From: Bacteroidales bacterium
GTDB lineage: Bacteria > Bacteroidota > Bacteroidia > Bacteroidales > UBA7960
DNA length: 64,000 nucleotides
Reading direction: 5' to 3'
NCBI GenBank assembly: GCA_007129255.1
Contig: SKVW01000014.1
Coordinates: 166-64,165 of the forward strand
Shown: positions 38,071 through 46,606 of the stretch, in pieces
Layout: each line of letters begins with the position of its first letter
How positions within the stretch are numbered: the stretch's first letter is position 1
Position numbers and translations under genes: made by a program
The notes under the pieces: model-generated
What the model was told of the DNA's origin: nothing
Database searches by the model: none
The model's input: the letters and a program-made list of their open reading frames with translations, nothing else

Positions 38071-39408
38071 ATGGGATATTTGTTTACATCTGAATCTGTT
38101 TCAGAGGGACATCCTGATAAAATAGCGGATCAAATTTCGGATGCCTTGCTTGATGAATTTCTTCGGCAGGATCCTGAATCAAAAGTGGCCTGTGAAACCC
38201 TTGTGACCACAGGTTTGGTGGTGTGCAGCGGTGAAGTGAGGACTGAAGCCTGGGTTGACATTCAGCATGTGGTGAGGAACGTTTTAAAAGAGATCGGATA
38301 TACCAAATCTGCTTATAAGTTTGAAGCGGAATCATGCGGGGTTATTTCTGCTATCCATGAGCAATCGCCCGATATTTTCCAGGGCGTGGTTAGGACCAGC
38401 GAGGAAGAGCAGGGAGCGGGTGACCAGGGAATGATGTTTGGCTATGCTTCCCGCGAAACAGATGAGTTCATGCCTCTTCCCCTTGACCTTTCCCATATTT
38501 TGCTGCAGGAGCTTGCGGCCATTCGTAAAGAAGGCAAACAGATGACATACCTGCGGCCCGACAGCAAATCACAGGTTACCATAGAATATGATGATAATGA
38601 TCAACCCGTTCGCATAGATACCATTGTATTGAGCACACAGCATGATGAGTTTGTAGAACCCGGCATAACCTTGCGACAGCGGGCCAAAGCAGAAAAGCTG
38701 ATGCAGGAGCAGATCCATCAGGATATTCAGCATATTTTGATCCCACGGGTTATTTCCACCTTGCCTGAGCGCCTGGGGGCTTTGTTTGCCAACGGATATA
38801 AGCTTCTGGTTAACCCTACCGGCAAGTTTGTCATTGGCGGGCCCCACGGGGATACCGGCCTCACCGGGCGAAAGATCATTGTAGACACCTATGGTGGGAA
38901 GGGTGCTCATGGAGGCGGTGCTTTTTCAGGCAAAGATGCAAGTAAGGTTGACCGTTCTGCTGCTTATGCAGCCCGGCACATTGCCAAAAACATGGTGGCT
39001 GCCGGGGTCACCGATGAAGTGCTTGTGCAGGTTGCTTATGCAATAGGGGTTGCCGATCCGGTTGGGTTGTATGTCAATACTTTTGGTAAGGCCAATGTCC
39101 CTTTTTCTGATGCACAGATTGCCCAAAAAATTGAAGAGATCTTTGATCTCAGGCCTTTTGCTATCATTAAACGCCTTGGCTTAAAAAATCCCATCTTCAA
39201 GAAAACCACCACCTACGGGCATTTCGGACGCACCCCTTATAAAGAGGTGGTGGAAGTGCAATACAAAGACCCTGACACTTTTGAAAAAGAAGTAGATGGG
39301 GTCATAAAAAACTTTAAAGAAATAGAATATTTCAGGTGGGAAAAACTGGACCAGGTTCCTGCGCTGAAAAAGGCTTTTAATCTTGACGGTAATAACCCTG
39401 TTGCCTAA
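38071..39408 (+). CDS. metK: S-adenosylmethionine synthetase
   Basis: 445 aa. It reads [25 protein letters not shown], with [12 protein letters not shown] and GGGAFSGKD motifs and a Bacteroidota-type C-terminal extension. Confidence 0.95.
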   Translation: MGYLFTSESVSEGHPDKIADQISDALLDEFLRQDPESKVACETLVTTGLVVCSGEVRTEAWVDIQHVVRNVLKEIGYTKSAYKFEAESCGVISAIHEQSPDIFQGVVRTSEEEQGAGDQGMMFGYASRETDEFMPLPLDLSHILLQELAAIRKEGKQMTYLRPDSKSQVTIEYDDNDQPVRIDTIVLSTQHDEFVEPGITLRQRAKAEKLMQEQIHQDIQHILIPRVISTLPERLGALFANGYKLLVNPTGKFVIGGPHGDTGLTGRKIIVDTYGGKGAHGGGAFSGKDASKVDRSAAYAARHIAKNMVAAGVTDEVLVQVAYAIGVADPVGLYVNTFGKANVPFSDAQIAQKIEEIFDLRPFAIIKRLGLKNPIFKKTTTYGHFGRTPYKEVVEVQYKDPDTFEKEVDGVIKNFKEIEYFRWEKLDQVPALKKAFNLDGNNPVA

Positions 39409-39973
39409 TCTTGTCCAAAACTCTCCGGGGTAAAAAGTAACGCGGATCTTTACCCGCCCTGATGGCTTTCCTTATAAATGTTGAGGAGATCTCTATTTTT
39501 GGTGCCTGGAATAATTTTACTCCGGGATGGTCAAGGAATCCTGAATTTGTCCCACTGCCTCTCGGATAAACATAGATCCTGATCATATTCATTATTTTTT
39601 CATAATTCTTCCATCGGTCAAACTCATCCAGGTTATCGGAACCGATAATCAGGGCAAATTCCTTTTCCGGGAAATCCGCCTGGATTTTTTCAATGGTTTT
39701 GTAAGAGTAGGAGGGGGTGCCCATTTTCAATTCCAGGTCACAGGGGCTGAACAGGGGATTGTCTTCTATGGCCCTGCATACCAGGTCAAAGCGATCCTTT
39801 TCTTTGAGCAATCCTTCCCTGGTTTTTAAAGGGTTTTGAGGAGACACCACAAACCATATTTCTTCAATATCCGAGTATTGAATAAAATAATTGGCAATGA
39901 TGAGGTGGCCGGTATGGATCGGGTTGAAAGACCCGAACAACAATCCGGTAAGGTTGTTATTTCCCCTTTTCAT
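39377..39973 (-). CDS. nadD: Nicotinate-nucleotide adenylyltransferase
   Basis: 198 aa with [15 protein letters not shown] and ISSTFIR motifs. The 3' end overlaps the metK 3' end by 32 nt. Confidence 0.85.
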   Translation of the reverse strand: MKRGNNNLTGLLFGSFNPIHTGHLIIANYFIQYSDIEEIWFVVSPQNPLKTREGLLKEKDRFDLVCRAIEDNPLFSPCDLELKMGTPSYSYKTIEKIQADFPEKEFALIIGSDNLDEFDRWKNYEKIMNMIRIYVYPRGSGTNSGFLDHPGVKLFQAPKIEISSTFIRKAIRAGKDPRYFLPRRVLDKIRQQGYYRQD

Positions 39974-39978
39974 GTCCG

Positions 39979-40548
39979 TTACGAATGATGAATAAAGTCA
40001 TTGACTGCCGACTGGGCCTCCTGGATGGCTTGTTCAAGGCGGTCGTTAATAATTACCCTGTCAAACTTGTCTGCAAAACTCATTTCCAGCCGGGCTTTGC
40101 CTAGTCTTTTGTCCAGGCTTTCTTTTGTTTCTGTTTTGCGGTTTATAAGGCGGGTTTTCAATACCTTCAGGGATGGAGGCTGAATAAAAACCGCCAGGGA
40201 CAGGGAAGGATATTGTTTTTTTATATTCAGGCCGCCGATCACATCCACATCAAATACCACATGTTTGCCTTTTTCCCAGATCCTTTTCAATTCGCTGTGC
40301 AGGGTGCCGTAAAAGCTGTCCGGGTAAACCTCCTCCCATTCAAGAAAAAGCCCTTGTTGGATTTTCTCACGGAACTCTTCCGGCGAAAGGAAATAATAAT
40401 CTTTGCCGTCAACCTCACCGGGGCGCTTTGGACGGCTGGTTGCAGAAACAGAAAACTCCAGCAGGGGGTTGGTGTCCAGTAATGCCCTTACGATACTTGT
40501 TTTGCCCGACCCTGAGGGTGCAGAAAATATAATCAGTTTCCCTTTCAT
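39979..40548 (-). CDS. gmk: Guanylate kinase
   Basis: 189 aa with P-loop SAPSGSGKTS and the TSRPKRPGEVDGKDYYF motif. Confidence 0.9.
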   Translation of the reverse strand: MKGKLIIFSAPSGSGKTSIVRALLDTNPLLEFSVSATSRPKRPGEVDGKDYYFLSPEEFREKIQQGLFLEWEEVYPDSFYGTLHSELKRIWEKGKHVVFDVDVIGGLNIKKQYPSLSLAVFIQPPSLKVLKTRLINRKTETKESLDKRLGKARLEMSFADKFDRVIINDRLEQAIQEAQSAVNDFIHHS

Positions 40549-40552
40549 AACG

Positions 40553-41428
40553 CTAGAGAATATTCATTAGCTGTTCTTTGATTTTTTCCAGTTCATCTTT
40601 CATCTGAACGACAATTTTCTGGATGCCGGCATCATTGGCTTTGCTGCCAACGGTATTGATCTCCCGTCCGATTTCCTGAGTGATAAAGCCAAGTTTTTTC
40701 CCGGAAGGTTTCGATTCATCAAGGGTTTCCAGAAAATATTCCAGGTGCTTCTCCAGCCTGACTTTTTCTTCAGTGATATCCAGCTTTTCAATGTAATAGA
40801 TCAGCTCCTGTTCAAAACGATTGGGATCAAACTGGTTGTTTTCTTCCAGTTCTTTAAGCCCTTTCAGCAATTTATTGCGCAGGTTTTCTTTTCGTTTTTC
40901 CTCCAGGGGCGTTATTTCCTGCAAGAGTTGGCTTATGGCCTGGTGGTGGGCAAGTAGATCTTTATACAGGTGGGCTCCTTCAGAAATCCGGTAATTGTCG
41001 GTTTGCTGCAGGGAATCAATAACGGCATTTTCCACCATTTGCCATTCCTGTGGGTCAAGGTCGGGGGTTTGTTGCCTGAAAACTTCCGGTAACTTCAGTA
41101 AGGCCGGCAAAAGGTTGTCGGAAACGGGAGCGTCTATATAGCGGGCAAATGAGGTAATTTCAAGGTAATATTTTTCAAGCAGGGGCTTATTTAATGCATA
41201 ACCAGTTTGGATTCCCGTATTTTCCAGGTAGATAACCAGCTCAACCTTTCCCCTCTCAAGATGCTTGCCTATGAGTGAGCGGATAAGGTTTTCCTTTTCC
41301 TTGTATATTGCAGGAAGTTTGATGTTGATATCCAGTGTTTTGCTGTTGAGGCACCGGGCTTCAATGGTTATGATTTTTTCTTTGGGTTGGCAAACGGATT
41401 TGCCATATCCGGTCATTGATTTTATCAT
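40553..41428 (-). CDS. YicC/YloC family endoribonuclease-like protein
   Basis: 291 aa. The N-terminus is MIKSMTGYGK. The C-terminus (EIGREINTVGSKAND) is typical of the YicC family. Confidence 0.85.
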   Translation of the reverse strand: MIKSMTGYGKSVCQPKEKIITIEARCLNSKTLDINIKLPAIYKEKENLIRSLIGKHLERGKVELVIYLENTGIQTGYALNKPLLEKYYLEITSFARYIDAPVSDNLLPALLKLPEVFRQQTPDLDPQEWQMVENAVIDSLQQTDNYRISEGAHLYKDLLAHHQAISQLLQEITPLEEKRKENLRNKLLKGLKELEENNQFDPNRFEQELIYYIEKLDITEEKVRLEKHLEYFLETLDESKPSGKKLGFITQEIGREINTVGSKANDAGIQKIVVQMKDELEKIKEQLMNIL

Positions 41429-41478
41429 GGGGTAATTTTTTACAAATATAGCATAAATGATGTGCCGGTCATACTAAA

Positions 41479-41539
41479 GAAAAACCGGCGGGAGCGCCGG
41501 TTTTTCCAGAAAAGACAGGTTGGGAACTTTTTTGTTCCC
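41479..41539 (-). terminator. Two tandem hairpins terminating the GT2 operon
   Basis: AACCGGCG (41483-41490) pairs with CGCCGGTT (41495-41502), flanked by A- and T-runs and so bidirectional in form. GGGAAC (41522-41527) pairs with GTTCCC (41534-41539). Both lie between the GT2 stop (41571) and the yicC start. Confidence 0.6.
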
Positions 41540-41570
41540 CCCAAGCAATAAGCAAGGGCAAGGCCCTTAC

Positions 41571-43028
41571 CTACTTTCTTATTATTTTTTTCTTTTTCCC
41601 TGATCGTTCTTCTTCACCAAAACCCTTTTTTTCCATTTGACCCCAGGTTTTTTCTCCAATAAAAAACTTAAAATTACCCCTTAAGTTAAAAAATAAAATA
41701 AATGGATGGTAAAAAATGGGTTCCAGCATGGAAGTAAACAGCATTTTACCGACTTCGCGCCTTTTGGTGTACCGGTGAAATGACAGTTCTTCAAAAAGGA
41801 TTGCCCAATAACTCAGGGAAACGGCAAACAGGTAAACTGTTGCCAGCAGCAGGAAGAAAAACGGCCAATTGGGAAAACCTAAAATGGCAATGATGATAAA
41901 ATACATGATACCGATAAACTCTATAATCGGTGCGAGCCATTCAAAGAAAAACCAGTAAGGATGACCCAGCACTCCGAGGCTTCCAAATTTTGGGTTGAAA
42001 AAGAGTTTGAAGTGGTGGAAGAGGCTTTCCATGGTGCCACGGGTCCAGCGGTCCCTTTGGCGCCCAAGTACCTTCAGGGTAGAAGGGACTTCTGTCCAGC
42101 AAAGGGGGTCAGGGATGTAAATAACGCGGTACTTTTCCTTTCTTTCAGCCATATAGCGCCTCATACGCACGATCAGCTCCATGTCTTCCCCAACCAGTTC
42201 CGGATTGTATCCCCCGCATTTAATAACAATGTTTCGGTCAAACATTCCAAAGGCTCCGGAAATAAGCAACAAACCATTTAGCCTGCTCCAGGCCATTCGT
42301 CCCATTAAAAAGGCCCTGGTATATTCCAGTACCTGGATTTTGGGCAAAAACCTGCGGGGAAGCTTAACTTCTGTGATGCGTCCCTCTTTTATTTTACAGG
42401 AATTGGCAACGCGGATAACCCCGCCTGAAGCAATGATCCTTTTGCCGGTCTCTTCCAGGAAAGGTTTGGCCATGATCAGCAGGGCATCTTCTTCCAGGAT
42501 GCAGTCAACATCAATGGCCGAGAAAAAATCTTTTTCGGAAATGCTGATCCCGGCGTTCAGGGCGTCGGCTTTTCCGCCGTTTTCTTTGTCTATGACCGTG
42601 AGCTTCGAAAACGCTTTGTTACGCGACTTGTAAACCCCTTTTATGGGCTTGGTCGGTATTTTTTCCTCATACAGAATATCTACCATTTCCAGATCATAGG
42701 CTTCTATGATCCTTTCCATTGTGTCATCGGTGCTTCCGTCGTTAACAATGATCACCTCAAAATCGTTATAGTGCAGTGACAGCAGGCTACGGATATTGTC
42801 CACAATGCTTTTGCCTTCGTTATAGGCCGGTGCAATAATGGAAATAGAGGGAGCAAGGGGCGAAGAAAGCAGCATGCGATAATCTACAAAGCTGTTCTTC
42901 CTCATATACCTCAGCATCCCCATTCCGGAAAAAAAGGCCAGGCAGGCATAGGAGCCAAAAATGAAAATGGTGATAACTATGATCCCATTTTCTATGATGT
43001 ATTGCAGGGCTTTGAAAAAATCAATCAT
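41571..43028 (-). CDS. Processive family-2 glycosyltransferase (PgaC/IcaA/BcsA-like polysaccharide synthase)
   Basis: 485 aa with an N-terminal TM. Catalytic motifs are APAYNEG, VNDGSTDDT, GGKADALNAG, AIDVDC, GEDMEL and QRDRWTRG (QxxRW), followed by several C-terminal TM segments. Confidence 0.85.
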   Translation of the reverse strand: MIDFFKALQYIIENGIIVITIFIFGSYACLAFFSGMGMLRYMRKNSFVDYRMLLSSPLAPSISIIAPAYNEGKSIVDNIRSLLSLHYNDFEVIIVNDGSTDDTMERIIEAYDLEMVDILYEEKIPTKPIKGVYKSRNKAFSKLTVIDKENGGKADALNAGISISEKDFFSAIDVDCILEEDALLIMAKPFLEETGKRIIASGGVIRVANSCKIKEGRITEVKLPRRFLPKIQVLEYTRAFLMGRMAWSRLNGLLLISGAFGMFDRNIVIKCGGYNPELVGEDMELIVRMRRYMAERKEKYRVIYIPDPLCWTEVPSTLKVLGRQRDRWTRGTMESLFHHFKLFFNPKFGSLGVLGHPYWFFFEWLAPIIEFIGIMYFIIIAILGFPNWPFFFLLLATVYLFAVSLSYWAILFEELSFHRYTKRREVGKMLFTSMLEPIFYHPFILFFNLRGNFKFFIGEKTWGQMEKKGFGEEERSGKKKKIIRK

Positions 43029-44503
43029 TACTCCTCTTCATTTTGTTTAACATTTTCAATAATCTTTCGCAATTCGGGATCTGCTTTGCGGTATATTTTT
43101 TCAAGGGCTTCTTTTCCTTTTTCCCCGGTGCTTACCATGATTTTGGCTGCTATTAGCAGGATACTGAAAACGGTTTCATGCAGCATTATTTCTTCCAGGA
43201 AGTCTAATTCTTTGTGGGTGGCCAAAGGATAAAATGCCTCCAGTGCAGCCTTGCGGTTTTTTTCCATCATCAATACCAGCAATTCATCTTGTTGGTGGTC
43301 TTTGTCTGGAATTTCATTTTGAAACGCCTTTTTCAAATCGTCAATATTTTCAGGTATTTCCAGTTGTCCCAGGGCTTTAATGGCATGGTGCCGGACTTTG
43401 GGGTTGTGATGGGTCAGGAGGGTTGCCAGTTTGGGTGCTTCCTGAGTATGCTTATAATAGCCGGTCATTTTGGCGGCAAAAATAACTACCGAATCATTGG
43501 AGCTATCCAGCCATCTTTCGAATGAGTCGATAAAGATATGATGATAATTCAGGGTATTCAGGATGTTTACCTGTTCCCACTCAGAAAGCTCATAGTTTAA
43601 ATCATCCAGGAAAAACAGCGGGTCATCCTCACTGATTTTCACCAGGGCCACATGGGCTTCCATGCGAAGCACTTTGTTTTTGGAATTTGCGTATTTGGCT
43701 ATTTGCTGGTTGGCATCTTTTACATCCATCTGCGACAGTTCCTTGAACCCTTTGGCTTTGAGATCCCACCGCCTTGCCTGTACTTTGGCCAGTGAAGTTT
43801 TGTAAAGGCCCAGATTAAAATAAAAATCGCGCAAGCGATTGGCCGCTTCTCCGTATAGGTTGTTATGAAGGGAAAGTAACTCATTAAGGAATATTTCCCG
43901 GTTGGCATTGAATTTAATCCCTGTAAACTCATAAGGGTGCCCTTCCTCCCCAAAAAGAAAATTGGTTAGCTCTTCCTGGTAAATTTCCTTCATTTTTTTT
44001 GCCTGCCTTCTTTTTCGGGTTTTCAGGGTGCGATTGACAATAATAATGGTGAACAGGGAAAGCAGGCTAAAAATGAGGTAAATAAGAATAACCAAAAGGA
44101 TTTTGACTTTAAGTCCGGAAGTTCGGTAGGTTTCAATGAATCTTGACCAAAGACCGGAAGGGTTTTGGGAGTTGCCCGGGGATTCCTCGCCTATACTTTC
44201 TATATAAACTTCCAAAAATGACAGATTTTTTCCCGGAACTTCCAGGGCTGCTGCGGGTGCAAGGTTTATCTCCTGAAAAGAATAAGCCAAAGTCCGCAAA
44301 AAACAAATACTGTTTGATGAATACAGGTTTTGAGAGAATTCAGCCTTAACAAACTCCTGAAAGAATGCTCTATCCTGTTTGGGTCCTGATGCCAGGGTAA
44401 CCTGGCTAAAAGCCAAACCACTTACCAGGAAAAAAAGAAGAAATTTTATGGTTTTATTCACCCTGATCATTTCTTTATATTGTTTTGTTTTCTTCGTTTT
44501 CAT
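43028..44503 (-). CDS. Bitopic membrane protein with a cytoplasmic HEAT/ARM-like repeat domain
   Basis: 491 aa: signal-like N-terminus, a ~110-aa extracytoplasmic segment, one TM (KILLVILIYLIFSLLSLFTIIIV), then helical repeats (NPKVRHHAIKALGQL). Its stop overlaps the GT2 ATG by 1 nt (TAATG). Confidence 0.55.
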   Translation of the reverse strand: MKTKKTKQYKEMIRVNKTIKFLLFFLVSGLAFSQVTLASGPKQDRAFFQEFVKAEFSQNLYSSNSICFLRTLAYSFQEINLAPAAALEVPGKNLSFLEVYIESIGEESPGNSQNPSGLWSRFIETYRTSGLKVKILLVILIYLIFSLLSLFTIIIVNRTLKTRKRRQAKKMKEIYQEELTNFLFGEEGHPYEFTGIKFNANREIFLNELLSLHNNLYGEAANRLRDFYFNLGLYKTSLAKVQARRWDLKAKGFKELSQMDVKDANQQIAKYANSKNKVLRMEAHVALVKISEDDPLFFLDDLNYELSEWEQVNILNTLNYHHIFIDSFERWLDSSNDSVVIFAAKMTGYYKHTQEAPKLATLLTHHNPKVRHHAIKALGQLEIPENIDDLKKAFQNEIPDKDHQQDELLVLMMEKNRKAALEAFYPLATHKELDFLEEIMLHETVFSILLIAAKIMVSTGEKGKEALEKIYRKADPELRKIIENVKQNEEE

Positions 44504-44509
44504 TAACTT

Positions 44510-45799
44510 TTAAAAAAGGTATGCCACACCAGCTTCCAGGGTATATTGATTGCCCCATATTTCGTCCTGGTAATGGCTGTAACCTGCTCCCGCCTTTACC
44601 AGGAAGTTGCCTGAAACGATCTGCTGATACATGAGCATGATCCGGTTGCTCTCGATGTCATAAATCTGTCCTCCAACCAGGGCATCCTCATCCGCAGAAA
44701 ACCCGGTTCCCAGTATCAGTGACAAGTGATGATCCGGAGAGGTAAAATACCTTCGGAGGGTTAAAAAGTATGATTGGGCCCCTGGCATATCGGAGGCAAG
44801 GGTAAAATAAGGACGGAAGCTGAAATAATACTTTCCGTAATATTTGCTGATTGAGCCGGTAAGGATCAACAGGTCGGTTTCCGCAAACCTGAGCATTCGC
44901 AAACCAGCCGATATTTCCCAATCGGCCGGCAATCGTTGAAAAAGCTCAAGGCCTGCCCTGTACTTAGGGAAAATATGGTCGTCGGGAGAGTATCCTGCAT
45001 TAAGATAAAGGTATCTGCCGGGGCCTAAGGGGGGATAGGCATCGGCCTCCACCTGAAATCCGTCCTGCCCGAAACGTCTTCCGTAATTTACCCTTCCGAT
45101 AACCTTTCCAAAGGTATTGGTGCGCTGGCCATATTCTGCATAAAAAAGATGCCAGGGGTTGGCATCGTCAAATAAATCAACTCTGTAACCCACGCCCACA
45201 TGGTTTTTCATTGTTTTCCTGGCAACCTGGTCAAGCAGGTTATCAGCTTCTTCCAGGGTGGGATCTGTTTCCAGGACTTTGTTGAGCACTTCTGCGGCCT
45301 CTTCATATTCTTCCAGGGCTATGAGCGCTTTGGCCTTTCTCATCAGGAGGTTCGTGTTTTCCGGCTCCAATTCCAGGGCCAGATTTGCATAATGTAATGA
45401 TTCCTGGTAGTTTCCTGCCCATCTTTGAAGGTCCGACATGGCAAGTAAAGCTTCAATATGTCGGGGTTCCTGTGCAAGCAAATCAGTCAGCAGTTCTAGC
45501 CCTTCCTCATATTCCTCGTCCCACCCGTAGGTTCGGGCCATCAGCACGGTTGCATCGTGATATGCGGAATTGATTTCCAGAATTTCACGGCACAGCTGCC
45601 TGGCTTGCTGGGTTTCACCCTCAAAGGCAAGTTCCCTGGCCTGGAAAAACATTTGGTCGGTATTGTGCGGGTTATTGCCGTGATCCTGGGCAGGAAGGGT
45701 ATTTGAGAACAGGACGGCAGCAAGAAAAAGCAGGGCAGAGATGGTCAGGGGCTTTCTCCGTATACTGTTAAACAGAAAAAGAAGTTGCTCTGTTTTCAT
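44510..45799 (-). CDS. TPR-repeat + YaiO-family outer-membrane beta-barrel protein
   Basis: The track start 45862 is GTG; ATG 45799 gives MKTEQLLFLF..ISALLFLAAVLFSNTLPAQD (signal peptide). TPRs follow (ARQLCREILEINSAYHDA, ALLAMSDLQRWAGNYQESL, ALELEPEN). The ~240-aa C-terminus has alternating strands ending GVAYLF, matching my memory of the YaiO family. Confidence 0.6.
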   Translation of the reverse strand: MKTEQLLFLFNSIRRKPLTISALLFLAAVLFSNTLPAQDHGNNPHNTDQMFFQARELAFEGETQQARQLCREILEINSAYHDATVLMARTYGWDEEYEEGLELLTDLLAQEPRHIEALLAMSDLQRWAGNYQESLHYANLALELEPENTNLLMRKAKALIALEEYEEAAEVLNKVLETDPTLEEADNLLDQVARKTMKNHVGVGYRVDLFDDANPWHLFYAEYGQRTNTFGKVIGRVNYGRRFGQDGFQVEADAYPPLGPGRYLYLNAGYSPDDHIFPKYRAGLELFQRLPADWEISAGLRMLRFAETDLLILTGSISKYYGKYYFSFRPYFTLASDMPGAQSYFLTLRRYFTSPDHHLSLILGTGFSADEDALVGGQIYDIESNRIMLMYQQIVSGNFLVKAGAGYSHYQDEIWGNQYTLEAGVAYLF

Positions 45800-45870
45800 T
45801 AGCAGGCTGGTTATTGAATTTTTTCCTGAAAAATCAACTGATAGCCAACAGTTAATTTGCACAAGGAGTT

Positions 45871-46233
45871 TTACCTTTTAATTATCAATCTTTTAACCCG
45901 TATAGACAGTTCGTTGGGGCTGAAGGGCTTGGTAAGGTAATCATCGGCACCTAATTTAAAAGCTTCGATGATGGTTTCTTCATTTCCAACCTTTGAAAGC
46001 ACAATGACCGGGGTTTCTTTTTTAAGCTCATTGCGAATCAGGTTTATGATTTCCAGACCACCAGTAAAAGGCATTAAAAGATCGGTAATGACCAGATCAT
46101 ATTCCTGCTCTTTTAACTTGTCGGAGGCTACTTTTCCGTCATTGGCATTGTCAACCTCGTAGCCCTCGCGTGTGAGTTTGTGCTCAATGGCCTTGATTAC
46201 CATATAGTCGTCTTCACAAACTAATATCTTCAT
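45871..46233 (-). CDS. Stand-alone response-regulator receiver (CheY-like)
   Basis: 120 aa. MKILVCEDD..DLVITDLLMP..VLSK..GADDYLTKPF. There is no output domain. Confidence 0.85.
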   Translation of the reverse strand: MKILVCEDDYMVIKAIEHKLTREGYEVDNANDGKVASDKLKEQEYDLVITDLLMPFTGGLEIINLIRNELKKETPVIVLSKVGNEETIIEAFKLGADDYLTKPFSPNELSIRVKRLIIKR

Positions 46234-46327
46234 TGTTTTCTTATATTAAAAATGGGAAAAAAGAATATTGATAGCTAATTGATTTTCAAACCCGGATTTT
46301 TTTGCTTAACGAATTAAATTTATCGCT

Positions 46328-46335
46328 CAAAGGTA
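46328..46335 (-). promoter_or_regulatory. -7 box TACCTTTG upstream of the receiver-led operon
   Basis: The minus strand reads TTTATTTACCTTTGAGCG, an exact TAnnTTTG match about 95 nt upstream of ATG 46233. Confidence 0.45.
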
Positions 46336-46606
46336 AATAAAAATACGTTTAACAGCAGTTTTTTCTCAATAAATCAGAACAAGAATCAGTTAATCCGGTT
46401 AATACTGTTATTCTGCTTGTACGTAAAAATGAATAAAAAGTTTAAAAAAGCAATAGACAAAAAAACAATGGCAGAGACAAATTACATTTTTTTTTCAGGG
46501 TTAGTCCAGGAAACCGTCATTTGGTTTATAATAATGAGGTTTTAGTTGAAAAAACACCTAACTTTATGATAAAAAATAAAAAAACCGATTGAAATTATTG
46601 GGTGTT

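Noticed and set aside
46429-46545. 38-aa ORF (MNKKFKKAIDKK...) in the divergent region between the receiver operon and HK1
   Set aside because: It is short and AT-rich, with no supporting features. Intergenic regulatory sequence is the more likely explanation.
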